A stretch of 64,000 nucleotides of DNA from the NCBI RefSeq assembly GCF_963676685.1, contig NC_092349.1, positions 57,474,001 to 57,538,000 on the forward strand, given 5' to 3'. The notes below the pieces were generated by a model. The model saw only the letters and a list, made by a program, of their open reading frames with translations, had not been told where the DNA came from and did no database searches. Made by a program: the position numbers and the translations under genes. The first letter of the stretch is position 1. Each line of letters begins with the position of its first letter. This DNA comes from Mytilus edulis (taxonomy: Eukaryota). Below, piece by piece: positions 51,632 through 64,000 of the stretch.

Positions 51632-52850
51632 GTAAAGAAAAGAAGTAAGGACATTTTCCACCACACCATTCTTCTTTTCATTGTGCGTGCGATGCAAATA
51701 TCTCATATATTACTGAACAGTATACTTGTATTTGATATACATTTTTGCATTAGTTGTTTACACACAGAATATGATTAACAATTTAAAAGTATAACAATTT
51801 AACCATATGTAGATTTTTAACAAAAATATATTAGATATATGTTTTATATTATTACGTTTATTTTTAGCAAATAACTAAGTGCTAGTGTTTCCCGAATCGC
51901 TTTGTCTTCATAAAGGATACTACCTATTTCAATGTAGTTAAGGTATTTGGTTGTGTCCAGTTCTTAATCAACAGTAATAATTTCCCTACTCAATAAGGTA
52001 TGGAGCCTTAAATTTGAAATAAGATTGAGATGTCAGATATGACTATGATTTTTTTTTATAAAAGCCAATCCATGAAAAGGGCAACTGCAATTCATTTTTA
52101 AAGTAAATTGACATTTTTTAATCTGTAAAAAAGTTTCTTTCTTAAGATAAATCATTGATATTTGTTAATTCTACGGATACTTGAGTTTATTTCATTGCAC
52201 AGATCAATCCTGTGAGTTTAAAATATCAAAAGTGTCTGCATCTGTAGTTACATCATTAGCAATTGTCTCTCGATTAAAAATGAATACATACTTGTTAATT
52301 TTGCTATCAAAAGTTTTCCATGAAATAAAAGAAAAAAATGTTCTCCGTTGTGCATTTGTTCAAAAAAAGATATTGCACATCAAAAGCCAATAGTATTTTC
52401 ATTTGTCCCTTTCCTTTAAAATGTTAACTACATTTTGAATGATAAGATGAATTTATTGCTTTTTATTTGATGTCTTGAAACTATAGGTAAAATGTTGAAA
52501 ATTAAAGGAGAATTGGTACATCACGTTTTATAATATTTTCATTGGCCTAAAACAAAGAGTGAGAATATACCAAGGGACCACAAACAAATCCAAGAAACAT
52601 TTACTATGACATTTAAATAATAGTCAAATTAACTATTCTGAGAAAGATAGACTAATACACTACACTATTTTAATAGTTTTTTTGTATAATATATATCACT
52701 TCATCATCCTTTTAGTTTTTGTTACATTTTTTTAAAGCAGAAATATAGATGTTATATTTCAATACTGCTAAATACTTGCTTTGTTGTAATAATTTTTTAT
52801 TTCAAATAGTATATATTATTTAATAAAGGTTTTAATTGCACAAATACAAC
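51632..52850 (+). other. Putative 3'-UTR exon of the precursor gene
   Basis: Donor taag|gtaaat at 50525 lies 5 nt after the stop. Strong acceptor ttttctgtttttgttttacag ends at 51631. AATAAA at 52822; the 3' end is uncertain. Confidence 0.5.
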
Positions 52851-54658
52851 TTTCATGAATTATCTATCTGTCTTCATTCTACTTGTGGTGTTTTCGTTTT
52901 TCCGTTTGGTTTAGCAGTTATACAACTTGCTACTTGTCTTTTGTATACAATATTCTACGAAATGTGTAAGCTAAAGGAAAGTAAAGAATATCATAAGTAG
53001 CTAACTATAAAACCAGGTTTAGCTCACCATTTCTTCGGAAAATGCCTGTACCAAGTCAGGAATATGGCAGTTGTTTTCATTTGTTCCGTTGACAAATAGC
53101 GTTTGACAGCGTGGCCATGGACTTCCACTGTTTGAAGTTGTCTTGGGGTTTGGTATTTTTGTTATACTTTTTAGCTAGCAATTGGTCAGAAATAAAACGA
53201 CAACATTGATACTTTCTTTAAAAGGTTTGAGCTGAGAATGTTGTCATCAATTGCCTTGCTACATCCAAAATTGTATTGTTATAACTAACAAAAGTTCTAT
53301 TCCTTATTAGCGCAGATAAAGACTATAGATGTATATTTTCCAAAATTCACAATCTTCATAAAAAAGAAAAAGTGTGTTGTAATTGAAAAAGGTAAATGCT
53401 GAAAAGGACAATAGTGAATCCATGCAACATTATTGAGTGATGCACCGTGCAACGGGGAACAATGTATTGGGTTTACACCGTCGTTAATAGTTTTAATTTC
53501 AAATATGTGACTTTAAGATGAAGAGCAGCAATGTTCCTTTGCATTTTGTGTGTCTTTTGCTATGCATGTATTGATTTTGAGTGATGGATGGATACCACAT
53601 GTCCTTTGTTTTTCTATTATTTGTAATTGCACTCTTTCTATTTCGAAAATTACACAGGAAAGCATTAAGACTTGCAGATGTAAACATTGCATAACAGTTA
53701 AGGTTAAGATAAAACAATTATATAAAAAACAATTAAAATCATAAGTTTTTATCTTTCCTTTTATTCTCAAATAAATTAAACATTCGATGACAGGGTTTTC
53801 GATTCGATCGAATGTCGCTATAATTTTAATCTGCTGGACAATACAACAAATCTGAATGAAGATTAACCGATTTCCTTTTTAATTCTTAGTTTATTAGTTT
53901 TTCAGAGCTTTTCTTGAATTTCCTTACACGAATATTTTCAAAGAAAGTTTCTGCGTACACGAAAGCTATATAATTAACTAAGAGTTCGAAATGGTTAAAT
54001 TGAACTCTTCGCATTAGAATTTTAAACATTGTTTACAACATGATTTGGTTGACTGTTATGAGATTTCTTTTTTCTCCGGTATGAAATCGTTACCGATTTG
54101 TCATTGACTTTTTACTCAACATTATGAGTCTTATCATTGGAACAGACTTAAATTTCCGAAGCACCCACTTTCCCGCTTATGGCGCGTGTTTCTATATTGT
54201 TACTTTTCTGTGTGTATCTGCCATGTTTATCTTTTAATGTCTATTTTGTCATAACAGCAAACGTTATTTTTATACTTTGTCCAGACATACTGTTTTATTT
54301 CAATCATTTTTATTCGATACCTTGCAAGCATGATGATTATTTATTTTTAATGTTTTAGAATTGAACAAGAGACATTAACCAGTCCGTTTTGTAGTAACCT
54401 ATTTCCTTGGAAACGTAACATAGTTAATTTAAACAAAGGAACACAGATGATGTCACTTCGGTGTTGACATGAATATCAATAATGTGGTCATTTTTATAAA
54501 TTTCTTGTATACAAAACTTTGAACTTTTTGAAAAACTATGGAGTTTCTTATCCAAGGCATAGATTACCTTAGCCGTATTTGGCACAACTTTTTGGAATTT
54601 TGGATCCTCAATGCTCTTCAACTTTGTACTTGTTTGGGTTTATAAATATTTCGATTTG

Positions 54659-54704
54659 AGCGTCACTGATGAGTCTTATGTAGACGAAACGCGCGTCTGG
54701 TGTA
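54659..54704 (+). ncRNA. Type I minimal hammerhead ribozyme, copy 1
   Basis: gcgtca-CTGATGA-gtct tatgt agac-GAAA-cgcgcg-TC/tggtgt. Predicted cleavage after 54697. Confidence 0.88.
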
Positions 54705-55013
54705 CTAACTTATAATCCTGATACCTTTGATAACTATTTACACCACTGGGTCGATGCCACTGCTTGTGGACGTTTCGTCCCCGAGGGTATCACCAGCCCA
54801 GTAGTCAACACTTCGGTGTTGACATGAATATCAATAATGTGGTAATTTTTATAAATTTCCTGTATACAAAACTTTGAACTTTTTGAAAAACTAAGGAGTT
54901 TCTTATCCCAGGCATAGATTACCTTAGCCGTATTTGGCACAACTTTTTGGAATTTTGGATCCGCAATTCTCTCCAACTTTGTACTTGTTTGGGTTTATAA
55001 ATATTTTGATTTG

Positions 55014-55059
55014 AGCGTCACTGATGAGTCTTATGTAGACGAAACGCGCGTCTGGCGTA
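55014..55059 (+). ncRNA. Type I minimal hammerhead ribozyme, copy 2
   Basis: Same core as copy 1, with stem I gcgtca/tggcgt. Predicted cleavage after 55052. Confidence 0.9.
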
Positions 55060-58000
55060 CTAAATTATAATCCTGTTACCTTTGATAACTATAGAGACAT
55101 AAGTATTGACTCTGCCGACCGGGGCACATGGATTGACCCCTGTTTTTTGTTTATTGGGGGGGGGAGGGGGAGGGTCCGGTTGTTAACTGTATTGTTTTAT
55201 GTGTGATGCATGGTATGGTGTGTTTGACTTTTTTAGCTTTTGATAGACCCTTTGGTTTCTTTGTTTCCTTGTTAAAGATTTCGAATATTAAGATCTCTAC
55301 ATACATATCGATCCCGGCCCGAAATATTTATTAAAGTATCGTACCTAAAATACAACCGGTCGAAAAAAAAATTAGTTGATTTTTCAGGTAAACAAGGGAA
55401 ATCCGATTTGAACTTTTTTCATCGCCAAATTTAATTGTGATGAAGGTAAATCCAGAAAAGCGCTTCGGACGCAATAAATTATCAAACGTGTTGTTTTATA
55501 TTTTTAATTGCATGATACGACCAATGTTCACGTTGAATATGAACAATATATTTATTATGTTATTTCTAAAAACGCACAGTAATGTCATTTATGGGTCAAC
55601 CGATTACAACAAAACTGAGGAAAGAAGGTGTCATTGACATAAACAATCAACAATAATTATACTTGTTTAATACTTGTGAAACAACGTGAAAAAAAATGTT
55701 CTTCAAAGCATTTATAAAAAGATGATATAGATATTAAGTTTCTTGAATACACGGCATAAGGCAGGTTCATGGCCAAAATTTGAAAAATTAAAATGTAAAA
55801 CGTTCAAGGGCATTTAAACCATCAGAGCCAGAACAGGTCAAACAAAATCCACAAAACTCATCCTGGACACAACAGTTATGTGCGATATTATACCTTGTTT
55901 AAACTGTTTTAGAAATGTTATCATGGCCCTTTCGAATATAAAATATTTCAATGTGTTTCAAAATTTATATTGTAAATATACGCACTACAGTTATTTATAA
56001 ACAAATATGAAATTATATGTTACCCTTACATCCAATCATAGCGCTCCTAAGTTGACTTCCTTTACCTGCCTTGGGTATATGAAAGGCCAACCCAAAGCCG
56101 TGAAAAAAATAATACTACTTTTGTCCCTTTAACATTTTCCCCTATTAAAACATGTAAAAAAAGGTAACAAATAAAACAGGACAGTTGATGTATCGTTTAT
56201 GGAACACACTTATTGTGAAGAAAATATTGACAAACATTCCATGGTGAATTTGTCATTGTATTCAATATGTAAAGGTGCTTATAAAAGACTACACTTGATT
56301 GCATTAATGCACATATCTTTATACATCAGCGACTTTAAATTTGTTACCATGCTTTTTTGTACGTTGAGATTTTAATGAAAATTTGTGAACAGAAGTTTGC
56401 CGACGTCATTGTTACCAATGACATAACATTATATTACATAATTATACTCTTTTCAAAAATTGTTTCCGGATTGCATCGTAAATCATAATATTACTAAATA
56501 TGCAAATATAGAACGCCTATTTCTCTTTACTGTATGCTTGTAATTGTTTAAGACACACTATTTTAAGTGTATTAAATAAACATTTGTCAGATTATATACC
56601 GCACAAAAAATTAACTCCGAACATGCCGAAATAAACAACACAATATAGAGCATTTGATTTTGAAGTTTTTTCAACGATTTACAGAACTTAAACAGATCTC
56701 AATATACATTCAAATTTGATTGACATATTCATGAACTGTCTAAAATGACAAATAAAAAAAAACAACATTGGCATTGGCAAAACATAAAGAAATGAAATGA
56801 ATATTTGCATTTGCAAAGTACATATTTAACATCATAAAGCCCACCAAGTTTTTAATGGTTGATTTTCAAGGATAATAGACGCACTTATTTTGTACTTTTA
56901 TATATTGATCAAAAACTAAACTTGTTATCGTGTTTAATTTTTAACACCCACACTGGCCTTGGTTAGTGCATACGATTGAACACTAATCGGTGAGCAGGAA
57001 ACATTTATTTATAGATAAGAATGTGAAGAAGTTGTCAATGATACACCAACAAAAGCAATGTGCGTAATCGAGGATCATTTACCGCATAACACATTCTATG
57101 TAACAACATGAACAATAACTATTAGGTTTCAAATTCCAATTTGTATCGTCATGTACGTACTTGAAAAATACTGTTTATAGAGTTGTTTGCACTTTTATTT
57201 CCCCTGTGTCGATATCACTGCTTGTAGACTACACTCACGCCAACTTGCACCAAGATTATATTTAAGTAATTTATGGTCATATAACTTTCGGATCTTATAT
57301 ATCTTGGGCTTTCAATTATTCGGCTTTGAGTGTTCCTAATGAAGTTAAATCCCGAAAAACGTTTCGGACTCGTGATATTTATCAAGTATTGCTTTTATTT
57401 TGTTAACACCGAAAATACAAAATCACGATATATATTTGATGGTCAATCAAACAAGTCAATACTTTTCGGAAGCATCTGTCTTAAAGTTTTTTTTAGGACT
57501 CCTTGACCTGTTTATTTATTTTATGATCTATAACACCATTCATATGCTGACTGATATGTTTTATAAATGAGACATGTTACGCGTCAACACAACATTCATT
57601 GTGTCAGCAGCAGTATATTTGTTTTTAAAGTTAGAATAAAAAACAAAAAACAATAAGTGAATCGTGTGGAAAATATTTAGACGGCCATTTTTCGGTGTAC
57701 GCCATAAAAATTCTCAATGACTTACAAAAATTCTAGTCAACATGATAATTATGATCGCATATGTGTTATTAAATTTGATATAGGTTTGACGTTTTTGACC
57801 TTCTCTTATGAATCGACCGTCAGAGATCGACTAGAACTTAACTGCAAGCCAACATATCTACATTTTTATTTTTGAGTACATAATCCAAGCGTCAAATGTA
57901 TATAGGGTACATCTTCCCCTATTTTCAACGGGTTCTTATTGGCTAAGCCATCCAAGTAGTTCCTTTACATTGATCAGTGGCCTTTCAACACTAATTTCGC

Positions 58001-60644
58001 GAGTTGACACACCGTTCATGGTCATATGCGTTCGACTCCGGTCTTAATTGACATGGGTTGTTTCCTCCAACAATAAAAAACTTGACGGCAATTGTGCCAA
58101 AAGTGGCATAAAACACAAGCATTGAATCAATCAATCACATTTGCAACGCCATTTAAGAAGTTTAGATGTGAAGATATATCTTATATGTATATTTCTTTCA
58201 AATGCTTAGTTTTTGAACGTCCTGACGGATGAGGACTCGGAAAAACGCTTTGGAAACATAAACTATTAAAACGTCACTAGTGTCTGAGCAAGTTGATAAA
58301 CCAGGGTTGTGTCAACGAACGTATCATCCTTTTTCTAAAAAAAAGTTTTCATTGACATTTTGCTTAGTTTCTTCATTTACCTATTCTGACATCGGTCTTC
58401 GACTTCCTTTAAACTGAGTTTTTCTGTGGGTATTGCTGTGTGTTTGTTTATTCTACATTGGCTAGAGGTAGAGAAGGAGGGTTGAGATCTCACAAAACAT
58501 GTTTTACCCCGACGCACTTTTGCGCCTGTCCCAATTCAGAAGCTTCTGGCCTTTGTTAGCCATGTCTGTTTTTTAATTTTAGTTCATTTCGGAGTTTAGT
58601 GTGACGTCCATTTTAACTGAACTAGTACACGTTGTTTAGGGGCCAGTTTTTCTCGCTGTGTTGAAGACCCATTGGTGGTCTAATGCTGTTTTCTGCTCTT
58701 TTGGCGGGTTGTTGTCTCTCTGACACATTACCCATTTCCATTCTCAATTCTATTTATCGGAAGATACCAATACATTGTTGATACATATTCCGTATCAACT
58801 GCACATATAATACATGATGGTCTTGAAGTATAGATTCTATATCATTGTTCATCATCTTAATATAGTTTTATTGTGTTCTTTTAATGTCTTTGTAAATCAT
58901 TAACCTTTATTGTTTAGTCCTTGTTTTGGTAATATCCTTTTGACGTGGCTCGGTACTTGTACATCCCGCCATAGTGTTATTGTGCAATGTTTTTTTTGTG
59001 TGTATTCTTTTCTTTTCTTTTTACTTGTGTGCTTTGTCTATATGCCATTTTGTTTTTCTTTGTTGACATTTGTTTGTTTTTATAGTGATTAAGATTGAAA
59101 CACAATGTTAACTGCTGTTCCCCTATTTTTGACTTTTTTCCTATTATGTCCGTTCGTTTTGTTCACACGTAGTTGTCAATATAATAGAATTTTATGCAAC
59201 TGCGCATGCCATACAAGCGAGAAGGTATCGATAGCTATAAATCAAGTTTTTCTGCATAAGGAAATGCCTGAACCAAGTCAGGAATATGACAGTTGTTTTC
59301 CATTCGTTAGATGTGTTTGTTCTTTTGATTTTGCCATTTGATAAGAGACTTCCCGTTTCGAATTTTCCTTGGAGTTTGTTATATTTGTTATTTTACTTTT
59401 TCTTTCAATATAGATTCTGTACTCAAGTTCTGATAACATCACGACTTTGTTTACCGTTCTTAAAGGTTCAATTTGTCATAACGTCACTATTACGTCTACT
59501 CTGACTCTGTTATGACTGTTAAAAAATAATATAAAAAACGTCAACGGACTGTTAAAGTGTGCAGAAATACAATAGTTCACCTTTCATACATTCCCTTGCT
59601 CTAGGTGAGGTTGATGTTGTTGAAATTCACTATTTTAAAAGATTTTGAAATTATTGTTTGTCGTCTGTTGAATGAAGCTCTTTTTCCGATTCATGAATTT
59701 TAAATCATTCCTTTGTTACATTCGAACGCAAGTATAATATCATCATTGAATAATTTCTAACAATTTCCAGAGTGTGTGAGACATATGATTTCACTTGACA
59801 AAATATGTACAATATAAACAATCTCTTTAAACACAGTCTCATCAGGTCAAATTCTGTGAGTTTACTTTCAGTAAAATGTAACATTCTTGGACTGGGTATT
59901 GCCTTGTTTTTGTTAAAGTACTTTGTGTAAAAAAACAGCAAAGGTACTAGAACTAAATGTGTACGCCAAACCGTTTTTTCTTCTTATATGATAGACTCAT
60001 TGTGTTTTATCGTTATTATTGTGATCAATATAAAGTAATTAATATAATTTCCCCAGCCTTATGTATCTTCAAAATTAACAACGAATTGCACGTCTAGATG
60101 ACACTACTTGTATTCATATATAATCAATTTATCATGATGCACTCAAACAAACTATTTTTTGTTCAGATGTAATTGATTCAAACGTTAGTAACAACATCTG
60201 TATACAATATAAAATAAAACAGGATTCATTTCTTTAAATACAGGAAATACCAGTACGGTATTTGATATATTTTGTTATAAGTTTTTATAAAGTTTACCCT
60301 GCATCTCTTTTTTGGCTTAAAAATACAAAAAGTAAAATAAAGAAGACAGTAGGCGTATTTGTTTTAGAAATGATTGCATTTCATTGTATTTAATTATGTA
60401 GGGAGGTGATATAATCTTTTACCATACATTAATGCACATTTTTACACACATCAACAACTTCGAATATGTTATTTTACTAACTGTTTCTTTTGAATTTAAA
60501 AACAATTTTGCATTTTACAGTTTTAAGATATTTAACAAAATACACCCACTTCTAAGTCTGATTTTTTTTTGTATAAATCAAAGATTGCTAAATATACACG
60601 AAGTGTGCAAAGACACAGTTTGAAGCGTGATAAACCTATTTCTG

Positions 60645-60732
60645 ATTGGTTTTGGTGGTTAAAAGTATATTAAATTTAGCATATAAAAAGACACACATTT
60701 GGTAAGGCTATATACTGCAAAGAAAATTCAAG
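60645..60732 (+). promoter_or_regulatory. Core promoter and non-coding exon 1 of the tandem paralog
   Basis: ATTGG at 60645, TATAAAA at 60682, acatttgg...tatactgcaa shared with 44846-44870, and donor aag|gtaagt at 60733. Confidence 0.68.
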
Positions 60733-61886
60733 GTAAGTTTTAATTTGTTTGAAAACAATGCGTTCATCTCGTTTACAGTCTAAATGTAATACAGTAATTT
60801 CTTTCCCATTATTTTTGTAAGTTTATTAGTTGATTTTATAAATTCATATAACAGCAGATAACCTATGTTCAAGTTTCTCCCATCAATTTAAAAGATAAAT
60901 ACCAAAGTAACAAGCACAAACTATGAGAATAAGCCAGTGTATGATTATATCTACGCGCGCTGAATAAGATCAAATTGGTAAAGGGTTTTTTTTTTTGAGA
61001 GAGGCGCAGGGTTGAGGAAACGCATACTTTACTACCATAAGCACAAAGGTGTGTGCTAAGGAAATATCTTTTAAAGTACTGTGCCTGATGTCAATTAAGC
61101 GGTTTTTCGGACGTAAGAGAAATTGCATGGATTTAGAACTCATTACGATAAATCTGAATATTTCTAAGTATTATTCACTGGACATTCAATTACTTGCAGT
61201 TGTCCCTTGGTTTTTGTCTCCCTGACTATTTGTTTCCCGAATATCCGTTTTGTCAAAGAGAAATCTGTTATTTTTATCATTGAGAGGCCTTATATAAATG
61301 TATTGAGATTCTCCTCTTTTGAATTATGTCAGGGATTTTTAATTGTCCTGGTTATGCATATAACTTTGTATTTTGAAATACACTGATTGGGAATAGCTTT
61401 TGGAAAATTGCAACATACAGTAAAAAAAAAACAGTATTGATATAAATAAACGCATACATATATTTTTCTTTTTTCTAAAACTTTCAAAGACCCATTGATG
61501 GCCTTCGGCGGTTGTCTGCTCTATGGTCGAGTTGTTGTCACTTTGACACATTCCCCATTTTGATTCTCAATTTTATTTCAGTTTAGCATTTGTTTAATGT
61601 ATCTTTGATATATAAGGAATCACCCCTCCCCCAGATAGTAAACTTTAATATAAACGTTTTCGTCAAGTGATATTACTGTTCTTGTAATCGTACTGTTTTA
61701 TATAAATTTCTTTTATAATGCAATGGTTCAAAGACTGCTACTTTGAAGCAAACTCGAAAATATACTCTTTTATAAAACTTTTATAAACTAAATATCAACA
61801 AACATAAAAATATATTGTTGTGGTCTAGAGTTATAAGCTATCTTAATGTTGGGTATTACTATTTCTATTTTAGAAAACAGTTGATA

Positions 61887-61932
61887 ATGAGGGATGAAGT
61901 AATATTTAGCTGTTTGCTTCTGACAGTCTGTG
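61887..61932 (+). CDS. Signal-peptide exon of the paralog (MRDEVIFSCLLLTVCG); later exons not found in the window
   Basis: Acceptor tttag| ends at 61873. The 46-nt coding length and phase-1 donor (g|gtatgg) match 46342-46387. Flanking intron sequence is also similar. Confidence 0.75.
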
Positions 61933-63011
61933 GTATGGCACTTATGTTAAAAAATATACAAAAAAGTAAAACAAAAAGTTGCATATAAACATTCCATTAA
62001 AGTAATTTTACTATTTTTTGAAAATGTGTCCATTTACATCTGACATACATGAAAGTATTATTTTGTAACGTCATTGTCTGCAAATTAAAGAAGAGGATAT
62101 AAACAATTGATATAAATAGAAATGTATTTTGGTGGACCATAAAATTAGCTTCGATCTTAAATCTCAAATATCTCCCTTTTGGTCGATTATATTGTGATAT
62201 TGTATAGACTTTATTATTTGCAAATGATTATCGTCATCACAGTTGTTGTTCAAAATAGTGTACTTTGCGAACACTTTCAGAAGGTGTTTCGGCAGACTAT
62301 TTTGAAGTTATATTGTGAAAGTATAAATAGGATATATCTACTTATGTGACTAGAGTATATCATCTATTCATTTCCATTGAAATTAATATCATATTGAATG
62401 TTTTTAAAATATTGTTACATTATCAAGGCTACATATGGCTTTTATCATACTTCTTCCTTTTGCTTATTGGGTCCTTAGTGCAAACAATATTTTATTATGA
62501 AATTTGATGCACCTTGTACAATATAAATTCACCTCATGGTAAATAGGATTCAGAAACAAGCAATAAGTGTTTATATTAATCTGTCTCCTGGATACAATTT
62601 ACAAAAATAAATCAAAACTTCTTGTTTACATACTCTTTTACATGATATAAATATTGACAATGTCAGTTGAGGGTCATGATTTGGGAAAAAGAAAAATGCA
62701 ACTATTAAGATGAAATGCTTACGGATATATTGTATGAATCGTTAGTTTGTAAACCTTATCGATTGGATAAGAAACTTTGTACAATAGGAAATAAACGAGT
62801 TTTCTTCATTTGAAATCATACTTGAACCATTTAAAAGTAATTCAGTGAACATAGGTACAGTTAATTGTAGGCTTCAAAATAACATTATCATTTCTTGTAG
62901 TAAGGTCTCATATGATGGACAGTCTTACATGTATGTCCACATATAATGGGCAAAATGATTTAAAAAAAAATACGAATTAGTATAATCCCTTAAATGGTAA
63001 AGGAATAATAT

Positions 63012-64000
63012 AATCAGATGTGGATACTTAAAAATTCCAAAGATCTTTTGGAGTACATAATATCTAACCTTCTTTCATCTTGTAATAGTATTAAAACATT
63101 TGACTTTTCTACACTTTACACTTACTAATATTCCACATTCCAAACTAAAAGACAAATTGAAAGCGTTGGTATTGCTTTGTTTCATAAAAAAGAATGGCCA
63201 CCGTAGATAAACTGTATCTTGTATTAGGGAGGGACACATTCTACTTTGTAAAGGATCACTCTGATTCAAACAAAAAATCCTCTGAAACTGACTTTATCAA
63301 GATGCTTGTTTTTTTGATTTACAACATATTTGGTACGTTCGGAAGACGTGATTTTAAACAGACTGTTGGCATTCCAATGGGAACAAATTGTGTCCCTCTT
63401 CTTGCCGACTTGTTTCTTTATTGTTATGAGGCTGACTGCATACAGGAACTTCTTAGGAAGAAAGATAAGAGGTTAGCAATATTTTTTAACTCTACTTTCC
63501 GCTAAATAGATGATGTTCTTTCAAAATTTGGTGACTATGTTGAACGCATCTATCCCATCGACCTAGAGATGAAGGATACTACAGATACAGTTAAGTCGGC
63601 CTCATATACATGTATTGACTTAAATCTAGAAATTGACAATGAGGGTCGGTTCAAAACAAAACTTTACGACAAAAGAGATGATTTCAGCTTTCCAATTGTA
63701 AACTTTTCATTTCTAAGTAGCAACATTCCAGCAGCACCTGCATACGGGGTACATATCTCCCAATTGATACGATATTCCCGTGCTTGCATTGCTTATCATA
63801 ATTTTCTTGACAGAGGGTTGCTGCTCACAAGCAAGTGTGTGAAGTTGAAATCATCCTTTCGTAAATTTAACGGACGCCATCACAAATTGGTTGACCGTTA
63901 TGGAATAACCGTTTCACAAATGATATCGGATATGTTCCTTATGTCGAAACTACAATCCCCTTCCCTTTCATGAATGTGACCTACCGAAATAGACTATTTA
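63012..64000 (+). mobile_element. Second Penelope-like RT pseudogene copy, truncated by the window end
   Basis: GIPMGTNCVPLLADLFLY and TKLYDKRDDF. The YIDD motif is disrupted (FR*IDD). Aligns to 39535-40565. Confidence 0.82.

Larger units (their letters stand above)
54454..55092 (+). mobile_element. Non-LTR retrozyme-like tandem repeat, 355-bp unit x1.8
   Basis: Direct repeat starts at 54454 and 54809. Each unit carries a hammerhead ribozyme. Confidence 0.88.

Noticed and set aside
51560-51778. 72-aa ORF
   Set aside because: Spans an intron/3'-UTR boundary and has no recognisable features.
54424-54976. Two similar minus-strand ORFs (DPKFQKVVPNTAKV)
   Set aside because: Antisense translation of the retrozyme tandem repeat.

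Overview
AT-rich eukaryotic genomic DNA with spliceosomal introns. The repeat inventory (hammerhead retrozyme, HINE-like elements, Penelope-type RT copies) points to a bivalve, probably Mytilus; this is an inference. The window is TE-dense. It holds a near-intact Gypsy LTR retrotransposon (1-7713), a dead Tc1 element, HINE/Helentron-like elements with satellites, and an intronless DEDDy (EXD1/Egalitarian-like) exonuclease CDS. It also holds an internally deleted tyrosine-recombinase retrotransposon with split direct repeats (A-BA-B) that carries a 24-bp minisatellite, Penelope-type RT fragments, and a ~355-nt hammerhead retrozyme. The main host feature is a spliced gene (about 44.86-52.8 kb) that the ORF track shows only in part. 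It encodes a 512-aa secreted precursor: signal peptide, acidic propeptide, then nine 42-43-aa Asn/Gly-rich peptides bounded by KR/RKR/KKR sites, each ending in a Gly amidation signal (...GNIGDF-amide). A diverged tandem paralog starts at about 60.7 kb and runs off the window. I do not recognise this peptide family.
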